Origin: Chrysomallon squamiferum
Taxonomy: Eukaryota; Animalia; Mollusca
NCBI GenBank assembly: GCA_012295275.1
Contig: CM022665.1
Coordinates: 43,524,001-43,588,000 of the forward strand
Direction: 5' to 3'
Length of the DNA: 64,000 nt
The position numbers and the translations under genes are program-made. Under the pieces are notes generated by a model, which searched no databases, was not told where the DNA came from, and worked only from the letters and a program-made list of their open reading frames with translations. Positions 1 to 13,760 of the stretch are shown here, in pieces; position 1 is the stretch's first letter, and each line of letters opens with the position of its first letter.

Positions 1-1446
1 TCTTTATCTTTTCAGTGCTACAGAATAGTAAGCCATGTTTATCTGAAACACATTTGTATGAATGAAAGATTGGACGTTAAGCTTCAATGAATTATTAATT
101 GAAAAATAAACATTGGTGCAAATCTTTTAAACTGTTTTTGTTGGATGTTTATCAGAGCATCTATGAGATAAGCTGGAAAGATAATAAAAGGAGATTATCA
201 AATATTTTATTAATGAACATTATTTATCAAGTTATTCATTTCCAAAATCAGGTTCGTCATCATTAACTGTCAGAATTATTATTATTTTTATTATTTTACT
301 AATACTACCATTACTATTATTATAAATTATTATTATTATTATTATATTTTACTACTACTATTACTATAATTATAAATTATTTATTTATTTATTATTATTT
401 AACTACTCCTACTACTGTTACTATCATTATAAATTATTATTATTATTATTATATTTTACTAGTACTACTATTATAATAAATTATTATTTATTATTGTTAT
501 CTTCATCATTATTATAATTATTATCTTCTTTTGATCTTCCCTTCTCTTCATAAATATAACAAATAAATCAATCAAAACAGAGAATAGACAAAAAAATATT
601 GTTGTTAAAATACATAATTCAAATGTAAAGGTAAATACTAAAACTATTACTAGTAGTAATAGTGGGTTCAAACAGAAGTTTCTAGTGTTTTTCAGTTAGG
701 TTGTGTTTGACCACATGACTTTGTTTTCTGAAATGTATGATGTATTCTAAAACATGAACAAAATGGTATCCATATGGATCAAATAAATACTGTCACTGAA
801 TTTCACTTAAAAATGCTATGGGCTTTTGTTACAACCCAGTACCAACAACATCAACATCATCAACAACAACAAAAACAACACAAATAACAATAACAACAAT
901 AATAATATTGTCTGTTATTGTATTAAAGAAAACAATAATTACAACATCAACAGCAATAATAATAATAATGTTTATTGTGTAAAAATAGATTTGACAAAAG
1001 GTGAGAGTATCAGAAGGAAACTATCAGCTGTTTGTGTTAGTGAACTTCTCAAATAAAAAATCATTCATTTCGCATTGAACGTCCCACTGTTTCATTTTCG
1101 ACCGGTCTTGTACGAAATGATATGCCAGAAATGTTTTGTATTTGCAACAGGCGCTGAGAACCAGTCAATACACTGGGAATCTGTAATGGGAACCATTTAG
1201 AGCATTGATTAAAAAGAATTTCTGTCAATATTATGATGGCATGGAATGGTTTGGATCTTGTAAAAATAACGAAAAATCCACTCAATGATTGCTTTTGCAA
1301 TTGGTATTGGTTTTCTCAAATTTACAGTCCCAGGCACGCACGTGTTGTCCCCCATTCTTACAAGTGTTGACCTTGTATTGAGTTCAGAGTTCAAGGTCGG
1401 TGAATGACTTTTTCTTAGCTGCATGATGATCTGCTTCTCAGTGATT

Positions 1447-1617
1447 AAAGTCTGTTTTGTTTGACAACACCACTAATGTAACATCGATTAATTTTTCTAT
1501 CATCAGTGATTGGATGTTAAACATTTGTTATTCCTCTCGTGTGGCCTTCAGGAGAGAAACCAGCTGTATTCTGCCATTAGCAACAAGTAACCTTTTACAT
1601 GAACCTTCTCACAGATC
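1447..1617 (-). mobile_element. Decayed 3' half of tRNA-derived (MetaSINE-like) SINE
   Basis: Reverse complement contains TCTGTGAGAAGGTTCATGTAAAAGGTTACTTGTTGCTAATGG, which aligns with the same core at ~38380, ~42000, ~52627 and ~56192. Family assignment is from memory of gastropod SINE consensus, not a database search. Confidence 0.65.
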
Positions 1618-4116
1618 CCATAAGTAAATGAAAAATAAAATAAAATAAAATAAAATAAACATCTGTTGGTATTGGTATTAGACTATTACTGTTATTATTA
1701 TTATTATTATTATTATCATTATTATTTTATTACTTTATTACTTTATTATTATTATTATTATTATTATTATTGTCATCATTCATGCCTTGCTTTTCTTTAT
1801 TGTATCTTATATTATTATATTATCTAAAGTAGTATAATACTTATTACTGTTGTTATTACGTTTGCATATATTTATATTCTGTACATTCTAAGACTAAATT
1901 AAAAAAAATATGTAACATTATGTTATATGAAAAAAGTTTATTCAGGAAAGATTTACTTTTTATTTTTGGAAACGTGTGTGCGTGTTTGAACGCGTGTATA
2001 TGTGCGGGCGTGTGTGTAAATACATTGCTATACATTTCCAGGATTATCTTTAAAATCACGCAGAACCGATGAAAGATGGTGGAAAAAAAAAGATTTAAAA
2101 TAAAAGTGTTACTTTCCGTAAGGTGTTAAAATTCAGCAACTTTCCAGTGTTCATTTTTCATTACACCACCCATCAAGCAGCAGGGGGAGAGGAGTGTATG
2201 TATGTGAGGATGGGGGGGGGAAGCAACATGCAAGAAATGACAGCAAACAGAGGTAAGCTAACAAAAGCTGCCGTTCCTAACGCCACAACTTCGCCGGGTC
2301 TTCCGCACGCATTTCTGTTTGTTTTGAAATCCCTCCTTAAATCTGAGAGCTCCGACATCACTTTCCAAGGCTTCTGGGACGAAATCCGTTTGGAATTTAA
2401 GTAATTAGATGATCCAATGAAAAAGACCAAATATTTGCCCGTGCACCTCTGTCCAGGTTTTTGTTTCATACGTGATCTGCCTGCATCAGTGAAGTTGCCA
2501 GGTTTGTGCTTCGTCTCATATTCTGTTCTCTAAATATGCCCGTCTTATCATGTAGCCTTGGTGACTGTTTGTTGACGTCAAGGTTCGAAATAACTTACTT
2601 AGGATCAAACTATTTCCTCATTACAGTTTATGCAACAAATGATGGAGCTGTAGAAAACATCGGGGTTGGGTTTTTTTTGTTTGTTTTTTTGGTTCTGTTT
2701 ATAAAGTTTATGCAATAAAACTGCTCTGTTTTTCTTTATGATATGATTTGAGTTGATTTTTTAATTTTTATTTTTTTTTTTTTTTTTTATTATTATAAGC
2801 TTATTTAATAAGATCACATTTTTGTATCTTTCAAACAAAACCAAAAAAAAAAAAAAATAATAATAAAAAAAAAAAAATAAAATAATTTGTTTATGAAAGT
2901 ATGTAACTGGATCATTTATGAGTGAAATTGGGAATTAACAGATTCTTCATGTTAAATCTTGTAACAAACTCCAGCCTATTATCATTATTATTATTGATTT
3001 TTTTTTTTTTTTTTTTTTTTTTTGGTTACTTTTCGTTTACATATACAAACCACTTAACAAAACAACAACAATAATAACAAAATTTAAAAAAATGGAATGA
3101 CAACAACAATACCACCAATAATAATAATTACAAATGCATAAACATATATTTAAACAGTATTTTTTCAAACTGCCATAGAAGGATACAGATTTTCTCATTA
3201 TAATCATCATCATCATCATCATCATCAGAACTGCTCCTCAAATTATAACCATCATAATAACAACTGTTATTCGTATTATCATCGTAATAGCTACAAGAAT
3301 ATAACCACCATCATCATCATCATCATCACAGTTGCTGTTAATATGATTAATCATCATTTTAATTGCTAGTTATTTTAATTGTCATCATAACAGGTATTCA
3401 TATTAGCATACAGCTACAGATGAAATAGCTAATTTTCAGCGAATGTCGAGGAATGTAGACTTTCATCACCATTTAGCTGTGGTATTTCGCAATTCCAAGG
3501 ACATCCCCAGAGAATTATGGGATTGAGCATTTCCTTGTTTTCTGATACATTTTTGTGAAGTTTTCACAAATCCTCTATCACACCCACTCACACACTATTT
3601 ATTACACTTCACAAACTGATAATTTCCTGACAGTTAATAGTAACATCACCAGTTACATATTTCCGTTTCAAAAGTTTTTTTTCTTATTCTATATCGTTAC
3701 TTCTGAAATCTTTAATTTCCTCGTATGTATTTTTACCAAAGGTACAATTCAAGATATATTTTAAAAAAAAAGAAGAAGAAAAAAAAATATTTCTTTTCTG
3801 AATTGGTCAGATGTTTAACAAACTGCACATATTCAGTTTCGTCAACAGAACAATGAAAAAAAACGACAACAATGGCTGTCTGTTTCGGCCATATTTGTTT
3901 TCAAAGGTTGAGTTTAAAAACAATGGAGAAGGAAGGAAGTTATTATAATTATGTAACATGGAGGTGAAAAATATCAGGAATCTTGTTAGACTGGAATCTT
4001 GAAGCACTTCTGTTGTTATCAAGTTGACTGTAACTCATTGTTTGAACACATCTGACTTGAAATGGATACAGGATCAGTTCTTAGTGAGGCATTTTTTTTT
4101 AACTGCTTGTTGATTC

Positions 4117-4734
4117 GGTCAGTGGTAACGTCGGACTTCGGTAATTTCCGACTGGTAATCTCGGCCCGTTTTTAAATTGATGGAGATCTTGATTCAGAAT
4201 GATTTCCTGCTCCCTAGATGGCAGCACTGATGCTTGCGTGTAAAAACGCTTTGTGAAGTTGAGTGATTTGGAACTGTTCTAACATATACGAGTTTGTCTC
4301 GGTTTCTCATTAATTAAGTTCGGTTTTAATGATTATTATTGAGTTAAAAGTAATAACGGTATTAGCCAAGCAAGCAGTAAGCATCTAGACTGTACTTTAT
4401 AAAAAGTTGTTGGATTTAATAAAGACGAAATATATAGTATAAACTGTTATTTGGTGTGAAAGAGCATGTGGATGAAAAACTTACCAACATACACACGCAC
4501 GCACATTTACACATACGCAATTCATAGTTTATTTAATGAAGACAGAATGTATAGTACAAACTGGCGTGAATGAGCATGTGGGTGAAAAACCTAAATACAT
4601 ACACACTTACACATACACATTTAACAGTTTATTTAATAAAGATGGACTATATAGTATAAATTGGGTTATTTGGAATGAATGAGCAAGTGGGGTTACCAGT
4701 CCGAGATTACCAAAGTCCGAGGTTATCGTCATTC
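4117..4734. mobile_element. 618-bp non-autonomous DNA transposon (MITE) with imperfect ~45-bp TIRs and 8-bp target-site duplication
   Basis: Left arm GGTAACGTCGGACTTCGGTAATTTCCGACTGGTAATCTC matches the reverse complement of the right arm (GATAACCTCGGACTTTGGTAATCTCGGACTGGTAACCCC). GTTGATTC flanks both ends (4109-4116, 4735-4742). Internal ~105-115 bp unit repeated ~2.5 times (4415-4690). No ORF. Confidence 0.8.
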
Positions 4735-5166
4735 GTTGATTCAGTCAAGCAGACAAACTAATTTTTCATGGTTAGAGCAAAATAAATCTGCATTATAACA
4801 GATCATAGAATCCATCCAGATAAACAAAGCTGTTAGGGCTATTGCCCATTCTAACAAGACCTCTATATCAGTTTTATGAAAGGTTATAGTATGTGCTTTT
4901 CTGTCTGTGGTAAATAAAAAGCTACATTTTGACCTGATCACTACAACATAACTGGTTTATGAAAATGTTACATAAAACGTGCCTCTATGAGAATGAAAAG
5001 CTTATAAACTAAGAATAATTTTGTTTTGTTTCTGTTGCTTTAAGTTAATGTTTGACAATTTATACATATTTTTTTTTTTTTTTTTTTTTTTTTAGTCGAT
5101 TATACACAGTGGTAAATGTCTTACAGGATTTCAAAATTAAGATAGATAAAATGGTTTGAACTTATA

Positions 5167-5203
<37 letters not shown>

Positions 5204-7769
5204 ATAATAATAATAATATAAAGAAACAAAACTAAAAAACTAAAAATAAATAAAAATAAAGACCAGGATAGTAAACTGTAAATTAGTATTCACCCACAGT
5301 TAGATCACCTGACTCACAAGTACGCTGAATTACTGGTCCTGAATAAACTCATCGTGTTTCGTTCTTGTGTTGTGTTTTTCAGATTCTGTCACAGCAGCAT
5401 CAAAACGGATTTTTATTTTTCATTCTTTTCATGTTTATACTGGCAGCCTGAGCACACAGATATGCATGCATAAAGGTAAGTAAGTAACCAGTCTAACCAG
5501 CAAATACGTTTTCTGTTTGTTCTCATGTGCAAACAGAAAAAAAGAAAAAAGAAAAAAAAAAATACGTTTCCAGTCTCTTTAACAAGAGTTACCTTCTCAA
5601 AGAAGAGAAAAGTTACCTCCTCATGCACAGCAAACACACCACATGCTAATTGGATTTCGAGCGTGTTTGATATATCATGTTACCCCTATTTGCACTTCCA
5701 CCCGCACGTGCTGTGCATGTGGTACGATGATTGCATGTGACGTATCTGGTGGGTACGAAAATGTTTACAGAGCAGTGACCTTCACCTTGGTCTTTTTGTA
5801 AGTCATAAGAACTCGGGTTTTTTTTTCTTTTTTTTGGCAATTCTCTTTTATGAATCTGCTTTTTTTTTAATTTCATTGTAAACAGGATGTTCTGTATTTT
5901 ATTTCAATGAAATGCATATTTATTTAATTTTTTTTTATGACTTAATTCAATGAAATATGTATGTGTTAGAGTGTGTGTGTGTGTTATTTCAGTGAAATGT
6001 ATTAAACTTATGTCACTGCAGTGCATGCTTACATACATCCGTTTTATTTTTCTGAATCAGGCACATTCCTGCATGTTAAGATTTATTTGAACAAAGTGCA
6101 CACTAACACACATCATTACTTATTCCAATATAAATATATGTAATCTTATATTTTATCTGTTTAATAGCTTTGAAAACAGTTGGGGGCTTTTTGGATAATG
6201 GAAAATGTCAATTAAAATATATCTGTGTTTTAACATGTCAATACAAAATAATGTTTTTAGATGTCATACATATTATTTTTGTTTATTAATGACACAAGAG
6301 AATGTTGTTGCGATCTACAGACTAGTCTTATAGATTTGTACGCCTTCCCGTACACAGTAAAACAAATGAAAAGACATGTCTTGGGACTCTGTTAGAAATG
6401 GACAATATGCCAATAAAGATAATCATACAGCCTTTTTATGAATCAAATGCAAACATTTTTGGTGTAAATATTGATGTGCAATTTTGTTAAATCTCACATT
6501 TAAAATTTTCCCTCTCTTCATCATTCCCCGTCAATTTCTTACCATAACAGTGAAAACATTTACTATATCACAAACCTGTATTTCATTCATATCTTCAGTT
6601 AAAAATCATTTTATGTAACAACATACCTTTTCACTGAATCTCAGTTTATGCATAACAACATATATTGCATAACAACATATATTACCACTAAGGGTTAAAT
6701 ACAAAACGATATCACACGGCTGTATTTCACCCACACAGCACATGCAAAAACCAGTGCAAACAGTGATGTGAGGTTTCCCTGAATCTCAGTTTGAGGTTGA
6801 CGGAGGTGGAATCTATAGATTATCAGACTCGGTGTGGGAAGTTTGAACAGATTATGAGCTGTACACAAAAAACGGCTCGTGTAAATGTTAGTTGTGGAGG
6901 CCCCATGTTAGACCAAAGGCAGACAACTTTTCCACTGCTTCCTGTTACCACCATGATGACATCGTTCATATTTTGCGTATTACTTCCGTGTGCAAGTATT
7001 TTTGAAGCTTGTGTCGTAAGATATTAATAAATATCACACCAGTGAGGAATCTGTAGTTTGTATGTTTGTCTTTTAAATGTAAAAATAATAAAAATATATA
7101 TTTTTTTATTTTATTCTTTTTATTTATTTAGTGTGCCCCTTTTCTACTGCACTTTTATCATCTTCATTCTGTTTTTATTTTTTAATATTTTAATTATGCC
7201 ATTTACTATCTCTGTGTTTTGGGGTTTTTTTTTTTAATCTCACACTATCACTGTTTTTATTCACGTTCAGGATTAATTCCCACTAATGCAATCATACTTT
7301 TTCAAAGGCTGTGGTTTATAGTTTCATGATGAAAAATATCACTTTATTTTAAGGGAAACCAGTGAACTGGCAAAAAATACTGTTATGTTGTTTTGTTTGT
7401 TTGTTTGTTTCTTGTTGTTACTTGTCTGTGTTGGATTTTTTGAGGGGGGGAATTTTGGTTTTTCAAAACCTTTTCATATCATTAAATTTAGTTCAAACTC
7501 TAGTAACCATTAATATTAAAAAGCGCAACATATTATCAAATCATTTTTCATTTGTCCCTCTCTCTTTCATTATCAGCGCCTGTCGTCCATCCATCTGTCT
7601 TTCCATCCATCATCCATTCCTTTCTGCCATTTAATCTTATCTGAGCATCTCTGTAAACAGATGAATCTGTTTAATACAGTAAAAACTAGTATCAGTATTA
7701 AACCCCAGTAAATATCGTGTTTACTTCACCTGTTGTCAATACTGCACTTAACAGACACGATTATATATT

Positions 7770-8110
7770 CACACGGTAACTGTCCAGTCTGTTATCAGTT
7801 TTATTTTGCTTTTCGCGCCGTCCAATCTGATAACCCACGACTGGCTGTTGATATACGGACATAGCTTCTTCCCCCCCGTCTGGCTAATACGACAGCCATT
7901 GCAACAAGGATTCCAGGAAATCGGATTGTTGGCACTCGCGGTGTCGAACGGAGCAATTAGCCAAAACAATGGGCAGACAACTAGCCATAAATTTGGGATT
8001 GTTGATGACAGGAAGTGTCAGGTTTTGCTGACAGAAAAATTATCGAGACTGGTGCCTAACAAATTGCTCCGCCAAAAACATGGTGGGGGAAACTGTGGCT
8101 TTGTTTGTTA
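7770..8110. promoter_or_regulatory. Candidate enhancer island
   Basis: CpG-containing complex island with consensus ETS (ACAGGAAGTG), Sox (AACAATGG), STAT-type (TTCCAGGAA), GATA (CTGATAA twice), TALE (TGACAG) and Maf-half (TTTTGCTGAC) motifs. Motif evidence only. Confidence 0.35.
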
Positions 8111-8399
8111 GGTGTTGACTGATTTGTTTTTTTGTTTTTTTTTCTTCTAGCCTTTTTATTACGTAGAGATTAATTTAATAAAGTTATTATTATTATTATA
8201 CCACCATCTGCATGTGTTTAATTATCGACTGAAATATTGAATGTTACGTTTTGTTTTTAACTGATTTACAAGTAATTTTTATATTAATAGTTATTAAGTG
8301 ACAAATTATAGATTCTGCTAAATGATAAAAAACAAATACAAAATCTGCCGTCACTATTTTATGGATTTCTTATTGAAACAGATTTTTTTTAATATATTC

Positions 8400-8470
8400 G
8401 CAAGACAGCACGTACCATGACCTTTCATACAGAGGTCATAATATACTGGTTAAAGTGGAAATTAGCCAGG
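8400..8470 (-). mobile_element. Short decayed SINE core fragment
   Basis: GACAGCACGTACCATGACCTTTCATAC is the reverse complement of the core seen at 56165-56190 (AACAAAGATTATGGTACGTACTGTTC) and 43560-43585. Confidence 0.5.
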
Positions 8471-8744
8471 CAAATAATGATCCTTTAACTTAACAATTCT
8501 TAAAGGACCATGTCCAGATATTTTATTATGATAATAATTACATGTTTTGTTTTACGTTATTGCGTGTACTTATTTCTCTCCCCCATATATATAATATAGG
8601 TCTGTATCAAATTAAAATAAGATTATTATTATAATTAATATCATCATCAACATTATTGTTGCTGTACGTCTTCTTTTTATTACTATTGCCATTGTTGTTG
8701 TTATTAACAGTTCATCTGACGTGGTTTCACTGTTAAAATTAAAC

Positions 8745-8781
<37 letters not shown>

Positions 8782-9533
8782 AGGACAAATGAAACATAAC
8801 CATTTTTATCAATGGCAGGTTTTCCAAACATAACCCAGTTACTTTTTTTATTTATTTTTTTTTTAAATAGTTTTTTTTTTTTTAGAACAATGTAGACAGG
8901 TGGGCAACTGCAAACTGTTGGGCATATTTTACACTACAATACGACCAATGCGGCCAAATCAAAACAGGAAACAAACCCGTACGAATAGTCACGTTCATTA
9001 AAAACTTTGATAAACTTTGATAATTCAGATGTAAATGTCAACTCATCAACCCATCAGCAAGGAAGGACATCGCAAACAGGCGCTATGACCACAATGCGAC
9101 TTTCTTTCACCAAACAACACGCCAGATTTTCACGATTGTTAAACTCATCTTGAAGATAAATAAAAAAAAATAAAAAAAAATAAAAAAAAATTCCTTCTTT
9201 TCTATATTTATATTTTTAATCCTCTTAATTCCAGACGAACGATTTTTAACTGTGGCTATTGTTATGCATGTTGTTTTTTTTCTCGTCCAGTTTATGGAAT
9301 GGCGATAGTTTTGTGGTACAATATAGACTTACGTTGCTGGTCATGTCCAGTGGTAATTCCCCCACCTGAATCAATGAACTCGTCACTGGGAACATTTTTC
9401 GTGACGTTTGTGTGGATTTTTCCGTGTTTGTCCGAAGTTAAGCCACCTGTTTGATGTCCAGGCACCCAGCTATTTGAATACCTTACAGGACATAATGACC
9501 TCCTGTTTAGATTTCGTATCCGAAAATTGTAGA

Positions 9534-9587
<54 letters not shown>

Positions 9588-10713
9588 AGCGCAAGGCTTT
9601 AACAACATTGAAAGCTGATAAATATAATAAATACGTAAATATACTAAAACTTTAAAAAAAAATTGAATTACTTACGTTTATGACCATTAGTTATAGTTGC
9701 TAATAATTATCAAGTAGTTGGTAAAATATTGGTGGACAGACAGACAAACTGATGGTTAGATGGTGTATGACTTTGCTTATAACTATTTAGAAAAACAACA
9801 AACAAAATTTATCCAGATGCTTTTATTTGTATGTTTAATCATTATTTATAATTAAAAAATGGATTATCTTTTTAAGAGGTAATTCTCGTTTCCTTATAAT
9901 TTATTTAATTATTATTATTATTATTGTTATTTTTATGCAGATTTTGTACAGATTTTATTAAATGGATTATTAATTAAGTCTGAGAGTTAAAGAGAGAGAG
10001 AAAGAAGAAAGAAAGAATTAATGAATTTTTCACAACCTCGTAATTATTCATCAAGACAGTTTAAAAATTTTTTATATTTTATTTGTATTATGAGGGATAA
10101 GAAATGAATGAAATAAGAGAAAAAGAATGCAGGGGGGAATAAAAAAAAGTGTAAAAAAAAAAAAAAAAAAAAAATTAACAAAGTAAATTAAGGAGATAAT
10201 AACAGTATGGGGAAAAAAAAAAAATTCAGGGTGTAAATGTCAAACTGGACAAAACCAGGCAGAGTAATAACGACAAAGCAAACTAAAAGCCAGAACTCTT
10301 AAGACCTTTTTATTTTATTTTTTTATTATTATTTTTTTTTCTTCTTCTTCTTTTTAAAAAGTTTTTTTTTTTTTTTTTTTCAAGGCTTTGGTCTTTTCCA
10401 ACAACCAGTCCAATCACCTGTGAAGTGTTGTATAATCTTGCCCGGCGTGTCATGTTAGTGTCAGAAGTTAATGAAGTGAAAATGTGGCTCTCTGGGGGTA
10501 GGGGAGGCTTCACACAGGATGGGTCTGTGTGCACAGTGTGACTGCGCTGACAACAGGTAAAGCCGAAGTCACTGGTTTTTTTTTTTTTTTTTCAAAAGAC
10601 AGGGATTGAAAAACTCAAAAAGCTGTGCTGTTTACCGTGATCTGCTGGTTAAGCAATTTATGTATTTGTTTTTAGATTTGTCACTCGTGAGTTTGGTGGA
10701 ATTTAATTGGCTG

Positions 10714-10747
<34 letters not shown>

Positions 10748-10809
10748 ATAATAATAAGAAATAATAAAAAGGTGAAAGATGTTAGGGGTTTTTGTGGGTG
10801 GTTTGTCGG

Positions 10810-10856
<47 letters not shown>

Positions 10857-10965
10857 TATTATTATTATTTTTATTATTTTATTATTTTTGTGGTAATTAG
10901 TGAGTCCATGAGAATGTGTGAGATTTTAAAATAGGAACATTTTTAATATTTTATCCCCAAAAAAC

Positions 10966-11005
<40 letters not shown>

Positions 11006-11224
11006 TTGTTAAATATAGCTTACAATTTTTAATCAAAACTAAATCTTTCTTACACTCAAAGATGCAGACTTTAGCATAGACAATTTTAGATCTTTACAAA
11101 TAATATATTTTTAAATTATTTTATTTATGTTTACAAAAGGTAATGTACTCAACAAGCAAGTTCTACATAATACTTCTACTATAAAAAAAAGCCTTTTAAT
11201 ATGATTTTATATACACACTCTATA

Positions 11225-11273
<49 letters not shown>

Positions 11274-13243
11274 CATGTCATCTTGCCCTTCATCATGTCA
11301 AAATACACCACAATGAATGAATGAAAGATTTTCACTTACCCAGGTTTAAAAAATAATGACAGACACAGAGAGAAAAAAGTACTGTATACACAAAGCCAGC
11401 CTTTCAGTAGAATTAATGGCTGATTTGTAAGGGGCAGTGTTTTTTTTTAATGTATATAACTCCGTCTGGAAAGTTCAAAGAGACATTTTATTAATGCACA
11501 AACCTGTTTATTGTGAGCAGTCATGGATGGTGATGTGTACATTAAGCAAATAAAACAGACATCTTGGATGACTAAGTCTTTATTGATGGTATTATTAGAT
11601 TCATAGTATTTGCTTTTTTTGCGTGATAACTTTCAAAAACTTAACTGTTTTATGAAGTGATTTATATTCTGTGGTTTTGTTGTTTGTAAAATGAACTGCT
11701 GTAGTTTTAGTTAGTTTTTGTGAGAATTAATTTTATAATTTATGTATTTTTGTGAAAATTCAAGAAAAAAGTATGGTATTATTTTAAATAAAATTGCTAT
11801 AAACGCATTATTTTTAAAATTTGTTTTAATTAAAAGTTTCAGTACCATTGTGAAAATTAAATATATTAATTTTTGTAAATAAATTAGAATACCAATAAAA
11901 ACATTATGTTTTAATATTAATTTATTTCAAACAACCCTAATTTAACTATCAACATAAAATGTTAAATAAAAAATAAGTAAGCTTTCTATTACAGAAAATA
12001 AATGTAAAAGATAACATTATCTCAGTATCAAATATCAACAACAAATAAATAAATAAATAAATAAATAACAAAATTAATACAAAGAACCGTTTTAGTCCTT
12101 GAAAGTTTATATAAATGAAATCAACTGTAGGTTCTTTTTAAAAATGTATACAAATATATTTTTCCTGCTACATTAAATAACACTTCGTCATCTTTGGCCA
12201 TCTGCTCCATTTTATATTAAAGATTTTATTATTTATTAATTTTTTTATTATTGACTGTTATTTACTCAAACCTGCAATCTCTTCAGCTCAAAAATGTTCA
12301 TGAACAGATGTCTAAAAAAAAAAAAAAAAAAAAAAAAAGAAGAAGAAAAAAAAAAAAACCCCATAAAAAACTAAAAAGGAATCTTTTAATAATACAGTTA
12401 ATGTCATCCATTATATTACGACGACCTTCACCTTGGGAATCACAGCTGGTTTCTGATGTAAACAAGCCCTCAATGCCATGCCACCCAATGAGAAACTCCG
12501 AAACATTCAGCCCGGAAGTTTCCATAGATTTCCCTCAACACTTTGCCCGTTAATCAGCACACATTGATTTCAATATAACCCGATATCTTAGCACATTTCC
12601 AAGGAAAAACAGTTTGTTTTCTTCCTCTCGTTTCTCAGCCCTGGAGGGGCAAAATCCTTGACACGAACAGGGAGACTACTCAATATTGATTTTCCCTTTT
12701 GAGCTTAATTTCAGATTCACTTTGAAAAACAAGGAACAATTTCCTCGCTGTTTCAACACCGTCCTTTCGTTCGGCTTAATTGCAGCTAATTATAAAATTA
12801 ATTAATAAACAGCGCTGTTGTAAACGGTGGTGTCAGCCACATTGATCCTCTAACTGGATGCTTGTTATTAATTTACACAGTCTGTGCGTTGTTTCCATGT
12901 TGAGTGTCCGATATAATTGGTCTGATGGTCAGCTACATGCATTTGTGCAAATATTCCGTGTGATCTGTTTACAAGTGAAAGTGACATTCTTTTGTTCAGC
13001 AGCAATGTCTTTCATACCCCAATCCCCCGTCATCAAAGGCAATTTGCTGTAATGTCTCTTCAACAATTAATGATTGTTTTTCACTTAATTTTTTTTTTTT
13101 TTTTTTAATTGTTATTATTTTTGAAGGTGAGACATCACCAACAGTTATGAACCATTTTACAGAGGAAATTGTCATTTCCTGAAAACATTGTCTGAACGTG
13201 TGTTGTTTTTCAGTGAATCACCTTCGCAGAGAGATCTGAACTA

Positions 13244-13760
13244 AACAGGTGGTCGTTTTAGAAAGGTTTTAGAAGTGAGGTGCCAGTCATTGTAAAAAAA
13301 CACTTGATTAGAAAGATTTGGTCATTTTTTAAAGATTTGTTATTACAGTGTTATTTCTAAAGATTCAGTACAAAATGTTGGTCATTTTAAAAACGCTGGA
13401 TATAAAGAGTTGGTAATTTTCGAATATTTGAAATAATGTGCTTGTCATATGTAAAGTTTAAATTAAAAAAAAAAAAAATAATAATAATAAAAAAAACAAA
13501 TGGTAATTTTTGAAGATCTGGTATGCAGTGTCATATGTAAAGGTTTGATATAAAGTATTGGTTATTTTTCAAGATCTGGTACACTGTCTCTTACGTAAAG
13601 ATTCAGCATAAAATATTCATGATTTTAAAAACGATCTGATATAAAAAGAAGTGGTCTAATTAATATAAAAATTCACATTTTCTTTTTTGGAGATAATGTA
13701 GAACAATTAACTATAAACAGGTAATTATTATACAAGACGGTTTGACTATAGAGGTGATTG
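13244..13760. repeat. Degenerate ~30/60-bp tandem array, possibly derived from a DNA-transposon terminal motif
   Basis: Recurrent TGGTCATTTT..AAGAT(T/C)TG units, bounded by CAGGTGGTCGTTTTAGAAAGGTTTT and ACGGTTTGACTATA, similar to the motif repeated at 45025-45390. Confidence 0.5.

Noticed and set aside
9005-9021. Tandem CTTTGAT (TCF/LEF) sites and about ten more across the window
   Set aside because: A rough composition estimate predicts a similar number by chance in 64 kb of AT-rich DNA.
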